A DNA stretch of 64,000 nucleotides from an uncultured Pseudomonadota bacterium (GTDB taxonomy: Bacteria > Desulfobacterota > Desulfobulbia > Desulfobulbales > Desulfurivibrionaceae). How positions within the stretch are numbered: the stretch's first letter is position 1; each line of letters starts with the position of its first letter. The notes beneath the pieces were generated by a model. The model made no database searches. It saw only the letters and a program-made list of their open reading frames with translations, and was not told where the DNA came from. Position numbers and translations under genes: made by a program. The stretch is from contig CALMMG010000176.1 of NCBI GenBank assembly GCA_937868185.1, positions 35 to 64,034 of the forward strand, written 5' to 3'. Below are positions 1 through 10,349 of this stretch, in pieces.

Positions 1-30
1 TTCCGGACACATTTGCAGGAAATATCTCTC

Positions 31-1341
31 ATGAAAGAAATCAAGGTTGGCTTGCTGGGCTTTGGCACCGTTGGCAGTGGTCTGGCAGAGGTTCTTTTGC
101 TCCAGGCAGAGCGGTTGCGCCGGAAAACCGGCGCCTCCATCCGTCTGTGCCGCGTTGCGGATATCCGCATCGAAGCGTTGCCTCCGCAGTTTAAGGATGT
201 GGAGCTTGTCCGGGATGCGGATCTGATTTTCAAGGATCCGGAGATCGACATCGTGGTTGAGCTCATCGGCGGCATCGAACCGGCGAAAACCTTTATTCTC
301 AAGGCCATAGAGCATGGCAAGCATGTGGTCACCGCCAACAAGGCCCTCATCTCCCAGCACGGCATGGAGATCTTTGAGGCCGCGGCCAGGAAAAATGTCG
401 AGGTAGGTTTCGAGGCCAGCGTCGGCGGCGGCATCCCGGTGATCAAGGCCCTGAAAGAGGGGCTGGTGGCCAACAAGATCCTCTCGATCATGGGCATCAT
501 GAACGGGACGGCCAATTATATCCTTAACAAGATGACCGATGAGGGCATGGCCTTTGCCGAGGTGCTGAAAGAGGCCCAGGCAAAAGGGTACGCCGAGGCC
601 GATCCTACCTATGATGTCGAGGGCATTGATACCGCCCATAAGCTGGTGATTCTGATGACTATGGCCTACGGCATGCAGGTGAGTCTTGCCGATGTCAGCA
701 TCGAAGGAATCTCCCAGATTGAGCCCATCGATATTGATTTTGCTCGGGAGTTCGGCTATCGCATCAAGCTCCTGGCCATTAGCCGCAATCATGGTGATAC
801 CGTGGAGGCTAGAGTGCATCCTACCATGGTTCCGGAAAAAGACCTGTTGGCCAACATCGGTGGGGCCTATAACGGCATCCAGTTCACCGGCGACATGGTG
901 GAGGATATCCTGTTGTATGGTCAGGGTGCAGGTAAAATGCCCACGGGCAGCGCGGTTGCCGCAGACGTGGTGGATATTGCCCGGAACATCCTCTGTAACA
1001 GCATTAACCGGGTGCCATGCCTTGCTTACTTGCCGGAAGAGATCAAGCCTCGGGGCATTACCCCTATGGAGAGTCTGCGCGGTTGTTATTATTTTAGGAT
1101 GACCGCCATGGACAAGCCGGGCGTCCTCTCCTCTATCGCCGGGATTTTGGCGCGGCACAACATCAGCATCGAATCGGTTATCCAGAAAGGCAGGCAGAAA
1201 AAAGGCACCGTGCCTGTGGTTATGATGACTTACGAGGCGGAGGAAGCCTCGGTGCGTAAAGCCTTGGCCGAGATTGATGCCTTGGATATTTGTACCGATA
1301 AGACAGTGAAGATCCGGATCATGAAGGCCCATGCAGAGTAG
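31..1341 (+). CDS. hom: Homoserine dehydrogenase with C-terminal ACT domain
   Basis: GFGTVG Rossmann motif, VVTANK, EASVGGGIP, NGTANYIL, GYAEADP, ACT domain (DKPGVL); ATG at 31. Confidence 0.96.
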   Translation: MKEIKVGLLGFGTVGSGLAEVLLLQAERLRRKTGASIRLCRVADIRIEALPPQFKDVELVRDADLIFKDPEIDIVVELIGGIEPAKTFILKAIEHGKHVVTANKALISQHGMEIFEAAARKNVEVGFEASVGGGIPVIKALKEGLVANKILSIMGIMNGTANYILNKMTDEGMAFAEVLKEAQAKGYAEADPTYDVEGIDTAHKLVILMTMAYGMQVSLADVSIEGISQIEPIDIDFAREFGYRIKLLAISRNHGDTVEARVHPTMVPEKDLLANIGGAYNGIQFTGDMVEDILLYGQGAGKMPTGSAVAADVVDIARNILCNSINRVPCLAYLPEEIKPRGITPMESLRGCYYFRMTAMDKPGVLSSIAGILARHNISIESVIQKGRQKKGTVPVVMMTYEAEEASVRKALAEIDALDICTDKTVKIRIMKAHAE

Positions 1342-1348
1342 CAACGGT

Positions 1349-2554
1349 ATGAAATATATTATCCTGGTCGGTGATGGCATGGGGGATCTGCCCATTGCCG
1401 AATTGGGCGGTAAAACCCCTTTGGCTTATGCTAAAACTCCGGCCATGGATAGGATTGCCTGTGACGGAGAACTCTGTCTGGTTCGCACCGTGCCTGAGGG
1501 GTTCCCTCCAGGCAGCGATGTCGCTAACCTTTCTCTGCTCGGATACCTTCCGCATGAGTGCTACAGCGGCAGGGCCCCGTTGGAGGCCGCCAGTCTTGGT
1601 GTTGCCTTAGCGCCCGATGATATTGCCTTCCGCTGCAACCTAGTTACCCTGCGCTTTGAAGAAGACCGAGTATTCATGGAGGATTACAGCAGTGGCCATA
1701 TCTCCAGCCCGGAGGCAAGAATTCTTATTGAAGGACTTGAGACGGTTGCCGGCACCAGTCGACTGCGTTTTTATCCTGGGGTAAGCTATCGTCATCTTCT
1801 TGTTCACTCCGGCGAGGTTGGGCCGTTGGTGACCGTGCCTCCTCATGATTATACTGGGCGGGAGGTAACCGAATTCTGGCAGAGGTATAACAGTATTCCC
1901 CATCTGCAAGAGGCCTTGGCCAAGGCCGTGGCCTATCTGTCCGACCATCCGGTTAATCGTGACCGGCAGGCACAACAGCGCAATCCTGCCAATGGTATCT
2001 GGCTTTGGGGTGAGGGGAAGGCTCCGTCCATGCCGACCATCAGGGAGCAGTTCGGTGTCGATGGGGCTTTGATTTCGGCGGTTGATCTGCTCAAGGGCAT
2101 TGGTGTGTATGCCGGCCTGGAAATCATTGAGGTGGAGGGTGCGACAGGCTATCTGGACACCAATTATGCAGGTAAGGCGACTGCCGCCATTGAGGCTCTG
2201 AAAACAAAGGATCTGGTTTTTGTACATGTTGAAGCCCCGGACGAGGCAGGGCATCAGGGCAGTCTTCCGGACAAGCTCCAGGCCATCGAGGATTTTGATG
2301 GCAAGATCGTCAAGCCGATTTTTGAGGCTTTGACGGCCAGCGGCTATGACTTTCGTTTGGCCGTGGCCATGGATCATTTTACCCCACTTGCGGTAAGAAC
2401 ACACAGCGTTGACCCCGTGCCGGTGGCTATTTATGATTCGCGGGCAGGGCAATCTGGAAGCGGGCTGTCCTATGATGAGCAGAGCGCCATTCTGTCTGGG
2501 GAGTTGCTGGTGGATGGCGTGCAGTTTTTTAATCGGGTTCTCGGACGGGCGTGA
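1349..2554 (+). CDS. apgM: Cofactor-independent phosphoglycerate mutase, ApgM family (proposed homoserine kinase subfamily)
   Basis: GDGMGD, PGSDVANL, SAVDLLKG, HVEAPDEAGH and DHFTP metal-binding motifs; directly follows hom. Confidence 0.9.
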   Translation: MKYIILVGDGMGDLPIAELGGKTPLAYAKTPAMDRIACDGELCLVRTVPEGFPPGSDVANLSLLGYLPHECYSGRAPLEAASLGVALAPDDIAFRCNLVTLRFEEDRVFMEDYSSGHISSPEARILIEGLETVAGTSRLRFYPGVSYRHLLVHSGEVGPLVTVPPHDYTGREVTEFWQRYNSIPHLQEALAKAVAYLSDHPVNRDRQAQQRNPANGIWLWGEGKAPSMPTIREQFGVDGALISAVDLLKGIGVYAGLEIIEVEGATGYLDTNYAGKATAAIEALKTKDLVFVHVEAPDEAGHQGSLPDKLQAIEDFDGKIVKPIFEALTASGYDFRLAVAMDHFTPLAVRTHSVDPVPVAIYDSRAGQSGSGLSYDEQSAILSGELLVDGVQFFNRVLGRA

Positions 2555-2997
2555 TGGCGGATAAGTCCATTGAGATGCACGAACCGTTGTATAGGCATCG
2601 TTGCCGGGTGATTTACGGCGATACTGATTCCGGCGGGGTCGTGTACTACGCTAATTACCTGCGCTATTTTGAGGCCGCACGCACTGAGTTCATGCGGGAG
2701 CGTGCGCTCTCCTATAAAGAGATCGAACAGCAGGGGTTTATTTTGCCGGTGGTGGAATGTCAGGTGCGTTATAAAGCCTCGGCTCGCTATGACGATCTGT
2801 TGCTGATTGAAACCAGTCTTTTTGAAGTGAAATCCAGAACCTGTCGTTTCAACTACCGGATTATTCGTGAAAATGATGGTAAATTGTTGGCCCAAGGATA
2901 CACCACCCATGCGGTTGTGGATCTCACTGGCAGATTGACAAAATTTCCGACTGTGGTGCTTGGCATCTTGCGGGAACAGTCGGCGGACGTGTCTTAA
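2554..2997 (+). CDS. Acyl-CoA thioesterase, YbgC/FadM hot-dog family
   Basis: RVIYGDTDSGGVVYYANYLRYFEAAR signature. Confidence 0.9.
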   Translation: MADKSIEMHEPLYRHRCRVIYGDTDSGGVVYYANYLRYFEAARTEFMRERALSYKEIEQQGFILPVVECQVRYKASARYDDLLLIETSLFEVKSRTCRFNYRIIRENDGKLLAQGYTTHAVVDLTGRLTKFPTVVLGILREQSADVS

Positions 2998-3011
2998 TCC
3001 CTTTATTTTCC

Positions 3012-3039
3012 TTGACATTCTCTCAGTAAAGAGTATTAT
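3012..3039 (+). promoter_or_regulatory. Sigma70-type promoter of tRNA-fMet
   Basis: TTGACA (3012-3017), 16-bp spacer, TATTAT (3034-3039), 11 bp before the tRNA. Confidence 0.75.
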
Positions 3040-3050
3040 GTCGCCACTGA

Positions 3051-3127
<77 letters not shown>

Positions 3128-3137
3128 TGTAAATTTT

Positions 3138-3171
3138 AAGGACTTGGCGTATCTGCCGAGTCCTTTTTTTT
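3138..3171 (+). terminator. Rho-independent terminator after the tRNA
   Basis: AAGGACTTGGC-GTATCT-GCCGAGTCCTT followed by a T-run. Confidence 0.85.
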
Positions 3172-3253
3172 GGTGCAGCGTCCTTGGTGGAAGTGTAAGC
3201 CTGATGCTGTTTTTCGCAGACCGTTTGGCTGATCGGTAATAAGGGGGGGGAAT

Positions 3254-3532
3254 ATGGCGGCAACCGTTGACGAGGTAACAATCAATTATGAAGAAGACGG
3301 GGTCGTGGTCGTCAAGGAAATCGAAAAGGTTATCCTGTCCAAGGGAGCTTGGGCTACCATCCTTTTTCGATACCAGCAGTGGGATCCCAAAAAGAATGAA
3401 TATAGCCCGGATAAATACTCTATCCGTCGTTATCGCAAGGTGAACGGAGAATACAGCCAGCAGTCCAAATTCAATATTTCAAGTCCTGACCAGGCGCAAA
3501 AAATCGTCGAGGCCTTGCAAGGCTGGCTGTGA
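3254..3532 (+). CDS. Small hypothetical protein, 92 aa
   Basis: G-rich SD before the ATG; protein-like composition; no motif recognised with confidence. Confidence 0.75.
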   Translation: MAATVDEVTINYEEDGVVVVKEIEKVILSKGAWATILFRYQQWDPKKNEYSPDKYSIRRYRKVNGEYSQQSKFNISSPDQAQKIVEALQGWL

Positions 3533-3790
3533 TAAAGATGTGGCCTTGTAACAGGAGGGAATTGTTTATCCTTTACGAGCATTCCATTATGGGTGGTTTC
3601 TTTTGTTGAGAAAAGCTATATTTTATGTTGTATCCTCTTGATATTCTGCGCACAGACGGGTTGAGAGCATGAATATTGCAATCACGACACAAAGCATCGG
3701 CAACAAAGTAATGGTGCTTGTAACGGCTATACATCGTGTGCGCCCGACCACCTGCTTCGCTAAAAATTCGCTGAGTTTTTAGGCTAAGGG

Positions 3791-4912
3791 ATGAATATTC
3801 CTCCTGCAAACGCCCCAAGGCAAAAACGTGTTTCCTTCGCTGTTCTTCTGCTTTTCATCCTTCTTGGTTGGTGGCTTTTTTTCGTTTACCAGCGACCGGT
3901 TCCTGCGCCTACAGTTGCCCTCATCCCAGTAACGGCGCGGGGAGATCTCGCGGCTGACGAGCAAAGCACCATCGCCCTGTTCCGTTCTGCCTCCCCAGCG
4001 GTTGTCTATATTACCAACATCGAGGTCCGACGGAATATCTTTAGCCTCAATATCCATGAGATTCCCAAAGGCACAGGTTCCGGTTTTATCTGGGATAAGC
4101 AGGGTCGGATCGTAACCAACTATCATGTTATCGAATCGGCCAGCCGGGTCGAGGTTACCTTGGCGGATCGTTCAACCTGGCAGGCCACCTTGGTGGGTAT
4201 TGCTCCTGACAAGGATTTGGCAGTGCTACAGATCTTAGCGCCTACAGAGAAACTCACCCCGCTTCCTTTGGGGGAATCCCATAACTTGTTGGTAGGGCAG
4301 AAAGTTTTCGCCATTGGTAATCCCTTTGGTCTTGATCAGAGCCTCACTTCCGGCATTGTCAGCGCCTTGGGTCGGGAGATTCAATCGGCAACCGGCAGAA
4401 CTATCCAGGGGGTTATCCAGACGGATGCCGCCATTAACCCTGGCAACTCGGGTGGGCCTCTCCTCGACAGCGCCGGACGTCTTATCGGGGTGAATACCGC
4501 TATTTACAGCCCTTCCGGAGGCAGCGCCGGTATTGGCTTTGCCGTGCCGGTGGACGTAGTGGCTAAGGTTATTCCGGAGATTATTCAGCATGGGCGATTG
4601 ATTCGTCCTGGTCTCAGTATCTCCGTGGCGGATGATCAGATTGCCAAGCGGGTAGGGGTGATAGGGGTGCTGGTTATGAATATCCAGCCGGGTAGTGCCG
4701 CCGAAGCCGCAGGACTGCGGGGCACACGCCGTATTCAGGGGGAAATAGTTTTCGGCGATGTCATCGTCGCGGTTGATGGGCGCAAGGTTTTTTCCTACGA
4801 TGACTTGCGCAATGCCATGGATCACTATAAAGTCGGGGATACGGTTACCCTGACCATCGAGCGAGAAGACCGGCAGATGCAACTGCCAGTGGTACTGGAA
4901 GAGGTAGGATAG
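3791..4912 (+). CDS. HtrA/DegP-family serine protease with one PDZ domain and an N-terminal TM anchor
   Basis: GTGSGF, TNYHV, DLAVL, QTDAAINPGNSGGPL catalytic motifs; PDZ (GDVIVAVDG). Confidence 0.95.
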   Translation: MNIPPANAPRQKRVSFAVLLLFILLGWWLFFVYQRPVPAPTVALIPVTARGDLAADEQSTIALFRSASPAVVYITNIEVRRNIFSLNIHEIPKGTGSGFIWDKQGRIVTNYHVIESASRVEVTLADRSTWQATLVGIAPDKDLAVLQILAPTEKLTPLPLGESHNLLVGQKVFAIGNPFGLDQSLTSGIVSALGREIQSATGRTIQGVIQTDAAINPGNSGGPLLDSAGRLIGVNTAIYSPSGGSAGIGFAVPVDVVAKVIPEIIQHGRLIRPGLSISVADDQIAKRVGVIGVLVMNIQPGSAAEAAGLRGTRRIQGEIVFGDVIVAVDGRKVFSYDDLRNAMDHYKVGDTVTLTIEREDRQMQLPVVLEEVG

Positions 4913-4916
4913 CAAT

Positions 4917-6272
4917 GTGACCTGGTGGACCCGCGCCCTTAAAAGTCTTATCTCTATAGACGAGCAGCGACTGGATCTGTTTCGGGTATTTCCCGGAATA
5001 AGACGGTTTCTGGCCGCCCGGCATCACTATGCCTATCTGCGGACTGCCGGTGATATCCTCTTTGCCCTGGTGGTTATTTCCGGTCTCTTCGGTCCTAGGG
5101 ATGCGCGCAGCAATGTTGCGGTTTTTCTGTCTTGGGGTCTCATCTGGCCAAGTATTGTCCTGAGTTGGTTTTTTGTGGGGCGGATGTGGTGCGGAATCTG
5201 TCCCTTTCCAGGGCTTGGCGTCTTCTTGCAACGTCGGGGGATAACCCTTTCTTTAAATGTGCCGAAAATCCTGCAAAAATATGGGGTTTACGCCTCAGTT
5301 ATTCTGCTGGCTCTTATCATCTGGACCGAGGTTGTTGTCGGACTTGACCGCTCGCCGGTCGGCACCTCATTTTTCGTATTGTCCATCGTTTTTGGCGCGG
5401 CTCTTCTCTCTGTTCTTTTTTCTGGGCAGGCCTGGTGCAGGCATCTCTGTCCATTGGGCCGCATCAGTGGCGCGGCGGCCACCCTTTCTATCACCGAGTT
5501 CAGGCCGGATCATGAAAAATGTCGCGGCTGCGAAACCTTTGCCTGCAAAAAAGGGCTTGATGGCAAGCAGGGTTGCCCAGTTTATCTTGGCGCTTACAAT
5601 GTTCAAAATAATCTGCATTGTCTGGTCTGCGGTCATTGTTTGCCCTTTTGTGACCGGGATTCACCACAGCTGCTTTTGCGAAATCCTTATTCGGAGCTGA
5701 TCCGTAACAAGGGCCGCTACATCACCTGTTCGTATATCGTGCCGTTTCTTATAGGTTCTCAGCTCGCCCGCTTCCTGCGAAAAAAAGAGATATATAGCCA
5801 GCTAGCCGCCTTTTCCGGCTTGCCGGATGCAGTGCTCTTTAGTCTGCTGTTATTGATCGGTTTTGGTTTAAGCCTAACGATTATTCGTTTTGGTGCCCGC
5901 CTGTTCGGGGTCAATGAGGACCCCATGTTCGGCAAGTTTTCGCCTATGGTTCCCATTTTGATCCCCATGGCCTTCACAGGGGAGCTTGTCTACCGGCTGG
6001 GATATTTTGCGGCGGGGGTTGGCGATTTCATCCCCACCATTGGGCGTCAGGCTGGAGTGGTGTTTCTGGAGAAATTTTTCTTTGCCATCCCGGATTTTCC
6101 GGTGCAGATACTCTCGGCATTCTTCATGCTTAACGGTTCCATTGCAGGGTGTTATATCCTTTGGCAGTTCTGTCTCAACGATTTTGAGGGGCACGTTCGT
6201 TTTCGGAATTTCCTCGGAATCAATCTATTGATCGTCGCGCTGCTCTTTTTCTATTTGACTGTTATTTTTTAG
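4917..6272 (+). CDS. Polytopic membrane 4Fe-4S protein (NapH/MauN/FixG-like)
   Basis: GRMWCGICP and WCRHLCP motifs, CRGCETFAC, CLVCGHCLPFC; many hydrophobic segments. Confidence 0.8.
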   Translation: MTWWTRALKSLISIDEQRLDLFRVFPGIRRFLAARHHYAYLRTAGDILFALVVISGLFGPRDARSNVAVFLSWGLIWPSIVLSWFFVGRMWCGICPFPGLGVFLQRRGITLSLNVPKILQKYGVYASVILLALIIWTEVVVGLDRSPVGTSFFVLSIVFGAALLSVLFSGQAWCRHLCPLGRISGAAATLSITEFRPDHEKCRGCETFACKKGLDGKQGCPVYLGAYNVQNNLHCLVCGHCLPFCDRDSPQLLLRNPYSELIRNKGRYITCSYIVPFLIGSQLARFLRKKEIYSQLAAFSGLPDAVLFSLLLLIGFGLSLTIIRFGARLFGVNEDPMFGKFSPMVPILIPMAFTGELVYRLGYFAAGVGDFIPTIGRQAGVVFLEKFFFAIPDFPVQILSAFFMLNGSIAGCYILWQFCLNDFEGHVRFRNFLGINLLIVALLFFYLTVIF

Positions 6273-7310
6273 TTGAGACTGGGTCAGGAAAGAGAGGCGT
6301 TTGCGTTTGGCAAACTCCCGCATGTTGGTGGCCCGATCCGATTCATCAATGATCTCCCGGCCTACAATTTCTTCAATGATGTCCTCAAGGCTGACAACGC
6401 CTGTGACCGAGCCATACTCATCAACCACCACAAAGAGATGTTTACGGTGTTCGAAAAATTCGAGCATGACAGTGGTCAGACGTCCTGTCTCCGGGACAAA
6501 ATGCACAGGCTGCATGAACTCGCGTAAGGTTTTCTCTTCGGCACCCTGAGCCGCCCAGCTGAACAGGTCCTTGCGCAGGATAATGCCGACCACTTCGTCC
6601 GTATTTTTTTCATAAACAGGGATCCTGCTGTGCATATTGAGCATCTCGTTGGCCTGCATGGCTTTGGCCACGGTCAGGTTGGCATCGAGCATGAAAGTGA
6701 CGGTGAGTGGGGTCATGATTTGGCGAACGTTCTTATCCTTTAGATCAAGGATGTTGGTGATAACCCGCCGCTCCTGCAAGCTTATTTCTCCGGATCTGTG
6801 GCTTTGTCTTGCCAGAGCCTGAATTTCCTGGGCCGAGACCAGGAGGCCGTCGTCTTTGGCCGGGAGAAGCCGGGTGATGGCTTGGATTACCAGAATGAAC
6901 GGGCTCAGCAGTTTCACCATCCAGTGGAGGGGGTACGCAATCCAAATGGCGAGTGGTCGGCTGTAGGAAACGCCGAGGGTCTTGGGGAGGATTTCTGAAA
7001 AGAGGAGAATGACCATGGTGAAAAGCGCAGAAAACCAGATCATGCTGTCGGCGCCAAACACCGCAGCGGCCGCAGCCCCGGAGACCGTGGCGCCTGCTGT
7101 GTTGGCGATGGTGTTCAAAGTGAGGACGGCGGTGATGGGTCGGTGGATATCTTTTTTCATGCCCATGAGGATACGGCCGATCCGCTTGTGGCTTTGGCTG
7201 ATGATTTCAATATGACTTACCGGCACTGAGTAGAGCGCTGCTTCGCAGACGCTGCACAATGCGGCTATTATGATGGCAAGGCCAACGGACAGGCATAATA
7301 GCAGGATCAA
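6225..7310 (-). CDS. CNNM (DUF21) plus CBS-domain membrane protein, CorC/HlyC family
   Basis: SEILPKT, HSRIPVY, VVDEYGSVTGVVSLEDIIEEIVG motifs. Confidence 0.92.
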   Translation of the reverse strand: MILLLCLSVGLAIIIAALCSVCEAALYSVPVSHIEIISQSHKRIGRILMGMKKDIHRPITAVLTLNTIANTAGATVSGAAAAAVFGADSMIWFSALFTMVILLFSEILPKTLGVSYSRPLAIWIAYPLHWMVKLLSPFILVIQAITRLLPAKDDGLLVSAQEIQALARQSHRSGEISLQERRVITNILDLKDKNVRQIMTPLTVTFMLDANLTVAKAMQANEMLNMHSRIPVYEKNTDEVVGIILRKDLFSWAAQGAEEKTLREFMQPVHFVPETGRLTTVMLEFFEHRKHLFVVVDEYGSVTGVVSLEDIIEEIVGREIIDESDRATNMREFAKRKRLSFLTQSQLKNNSQIEKEQRDDQ

Positions 7311-7599
7311 GGTTTCCTCCCTGTTTTTCAGGTAAATTGGTTTAGAAATCTGTTTACGATAGCAGATAAGAATCTAATGCAATTAATTGATTTTATCATG
7401 CAATTATCGTTGCGTAAGGGATACTCGGTACTATATAAATATATATCTCCTTCAATTAACTCTATACAGGCAAGGGAAGCTGTACTAGAACAACCCCACC
7501 GAACTCCTTCAGTTTTTTTGAGATGGCGAAAACAGCTCCTGTTTTCTGAATGTGCCACCTTGCCTACGTGCAAAGAGGTCGGAAGGGGATTTGCAATCT

Positions 7600-8796
7600 A
7601 TGGTTTGCTTGAAAAAATGTTCGATTTTTATTGTTGGTTCTGATCCATCACACGGGACCTCTTTTCAGGAATTGTTGGGGAGTTGGCCGCATCTGGTTTG
7701 CTATCCTAAAACCATCGAGGAATTCAAGCAACTTCTTGCCGGGATAGTGCCGGATATTGTTCTCTGCAATTTCAACCTGCCTGGTCTGCACGAGCAGGAT
7801 TTTCTGCGATATGTCGCCAGCGTCTGCCCCCATACGGTCAGGATTGTTTTTTCGGAAAAGACAGAGGCCGATGTCTTGGTAAGGCTTGTTTCTACCGGGG
7901 CGGCGCACCGGGCGTTTTGCTTGCCCTTGAGTAAAGAAATGGGGCGCTTATTGGAGCATGACCTTACCGTGCTCTCGCGGATTCGGATTCGTAAATGCTG
8001 GGAGTTCCTGAATCATGGCCATGGGCTTCCCGTGCTTCCGCCTGTGGTGCATGAACTTGAAGTTATTCTCCAGAGTCCTGATTATGCCTTGACCCAGGTT
8101 GTCGAGGTTCTTGGCAAGGATCCGATTCTTGTCGCCCGACTCTTGCAGGTTGTCAATTCCGTGCATTTTTCCAGGGGGATGAAGATTGATGATCTCTATC
8201 GAGCCGTAAGTTATCTTGGGATCAGCAGAACTCGGAAAATGCTCTTTTTTATTTGTGCGCTCAACCACTTTCAGTATCCCAAAAAGTACCATCGCCATGC
8301 CCTGAATATCATTGATCATAGCATTCAGTGTGGTAAGCTGGCTGGGCTTATCGCCAAGAGGCTTGCTCCAGGGCAGGAGCGAGCTGCGGTTACTGCCGGG
8401 CTTCTGCATGATATTGGCAAACTGGTTTTTCTTGCCTCCCTTGATGAGACGCTGCACCATTCTCCCTCATTCATGCGGCGATATGGTCTGTTTGCCACTG
8501 AGATGGAAGAACAGATATTTGGCATCTCCCATTTGGAGTTGGGCAGCGCCTTACTCCTCTGGTGGAATCTTCCCTTGGTTATGGTTGAAGCAGCGGCAAA
8601 TCACAGCCAACCACTTAACTCCCTGTATGGGGTGCCGTTATGTGTGGCCATTGCCGACCGGTGTCTGCTCAAGGCTGTTAATGGGGAGGCAATCACCACT
8701 GATTTTAATCTGCTTCCCCCGCATCTGCCGGTGGAGCACTGGCTGCAATGTGCCCGGACCATGACCATGGACAAAATTATGCCTATTGCCGCCTGA
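7600..8796 (+). CDS. Receiver-like plus HDOD domain signalling protein
   Basis: LPVLP, DPILVARLLQVVNS, GLLHDIGKL, SHLELGSALLLWWNLP HDOD motifs; N-terminal degenerate receiver. Confidence 0.85.
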   Translation: MVCLKKCSIFIVGSDPSHGTSFQELLGSWPHLVCYPKTIEEFKQLLAGIVPDIVLCNFNLPGLHEQDFLRYVASVCPHTVRIVFSEKTEADVLVRLVSTGAAHRAFCLPLSKEMGRLLEHDLTVLSRIRIRKCWEFLNHGHGLPVLPPVVHELEVILQSPDYALTQVVEVLGKDPILVARLLQVVNSVHFSRGMKIDDLYRAVSYLGISRTRKMLFFICALNHFQYPKKYHRHALNIIDHSIQCGKLAGLIAKRLAPGQERAAVTAGLLHDIGKLVFLASLDETLHHSPSFMRRYGLFATEMEEQIFGISHLELGSALLLWWNLPLVMVEAAANHSQPLNSLYGVPLCVAIADRCLLKAVNGEAITTDFNLLPPHLPVEHWLQCARTMTMDKIMPIAA

Positions 8797-8858
8797 TTGC
8801 TTCGCTTGGCCGCATTCGGTGTGTGCAATTCCAGCAATAAAGATTGAGGAGTACTTTC

Positions 8859-10349
8859 ATGTTGCAGTTCAGTAAGGTTGGGCCGGAGTCATATGCTGGC
8901 GATCTTCTCGTCTATTTGGTGCGTCAGCCAGGCAAGGGTTCTTCTCGTTGCGCCAATGGGATGGTCGATGGCGTTATTCGGCGGGTGCATGCGCTCGGGG
9001 ATTTTTTTGGAAAAGAGGGGGAGCACCTGCTTTTTTATCCAGCAGAAGGAATGCCAGGCATACCATCCGCAAAGCGGATACTGGTTGTTGGTCTGGGGAA
9101 AGAGGAACCGAACCGTGAGTTGTTTCGCAAAGCGGGCGGGACCATCGCTTCTCTTGCGATGAAGAGCAAGGTGCAGGAGCTGTTGCTTGTTCTGCCTGAT
9201 CTTGCCTGTGACATGGTCGAAATGACCGAAGGAGTGTCTGAAGGCCTTGTGCTGGGTGCCTACCGCTTTAAGAAGTACAAAACAAAAAACGACCCGGATA
9301 GATCGGGAGAGATGCTGAAGCAGGCTGCCCTGTATACCTCAGACAGCAAGGGGCTAGGCAGGGCGCTCAAATTGGCTGAAATTGGTTCCCAGGCCGCCTG
9401 TGAGGCCCGTGATATGGCCAACGAGCCAGCCAGTCACTGGACGCCAGTCCATTTTTCCGAATATGGCAGACAGTTGGCCGCGGCCCACGGGATGACCTGC
9501 ACGGTCCTGGATCAGGCCCGGTTGAAGAAACTTGGTTTGGGTGGGATTCTTGCTGTCAATCAGGGCTCGGCCTGCCCCCCTGAAATGGTAATCCTTGAGT
9601 ATGCCGTAAAGCCAAGTGCGCCCACACTGTTGCTGGTCGGCAAGGGACTTACCTTTGATTCCGGCGGCATCTCGCTTAAGCCCAGCGCTGGCATGGAAGA
9701 GATGAAATACGATATGTGCGGGGGGGCTGCGGTCCTTTGCGCCATGCAGGCGATTGCCCAGGCAAAACTCAAAGGGTTGAATGTGGTGGCCATTGTTCCG
9801 GCCACGGAAAATCTGCCCGGTCCGGCCGCCCTGAAGCCAGGTGATGTGATCACCCAGTACGGCGGCAAAACCGTGGAGGTGGTCAACACCGATGCCGAGG
9901 GCCGTCTTATTCTGGCCGATGCCCTGGCCTACGGCATCAAAAAGTACAAGCCGGACATGGTGATTGACGTTGCCACCCTTACCGGCGCCGTTATCATCGG
10001 ACTCGGTCATCATCGCACCGGGCTGTTGTCCAATAACGACGATCTCTGTGAACGGCTGCTGGCCGCAGGGGAACGCAGCGGCGAACCTCTGTGGCGGCTG
10101 CCCCTGGATGCGGAGTACACCAAACAGCTCAAGTCCGAGATCGCCGATCTGAAAAATGTCGGAAAAAAGGACGGCGGCACTATTACCGCCGCCGCCTTTC
10201 TTAAGGAATTTGTCGGGGAGACGCCTTGGGCCCATCTGGACATCGCCGGCACCGCCTGGGACTTTACCGAGAAATCCTATATTCCTAAAGGGCCTTCCGG
10301 GATAGCGGTGCGCACCCTATTTGATTTTATCAGGAACTGGAAGGGGTAG
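8859..10349 (+). CDS. pepA: Leucyl aminopeptidase (M17)
   Basis: GKGLTFDSGG, MKYDMCGG, NTDAEGRLILADAL, HLDIAG. Confidence 0.96.
   Translation: MLQFSKVGPESYAGDLLVYLVRQPGKGSSRCANGMVDGVIRRVHALGDFFGKEGEHLLFYPAEGMPGIPSAKRILVVGLGKEEPNRELFRKAGGTIASLAMKSKVQELLLVLPDLACDMVEMTEGVSEGLVLGAYRFKKYKTKNDPDRSGEMLKQAALYTSDSKGLGRALKLAEIGSQAACEARDMANEPASHWTPVHFSEYGRQLAAAHGMTCTVLDQARLKKLGLGGILAVNQGSACPPEMVILEYAVKPSAPTLLLVGKGLTFDSGGISLKPSAGMEEMKYDMCGGAAVLCAMQAIAQAKLKGLNVVAIVPATENLPGPAALKPGDVITQYGGKTVEVVNTDAEGRLILADALAYGIKKYKPDMVIDVATLTGAVIIGLGHHRTGLLSNNDDLCERLLAAGERSGEPLWRLPLDAEYTKQLKSEIADLKNVGKKDGGTITAAAFLKEFVGETPWAHLDIAGTAWDFTEKSYIPKGPSGIAVRTLFDFIRNWKG

Noticed and set aside
6225-6272. Convergent 3' overlaps (also 10317-10349) as antisense regulation
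   Set aside because: Short tail-to-tail overlaps are common and nothing else supports a function.
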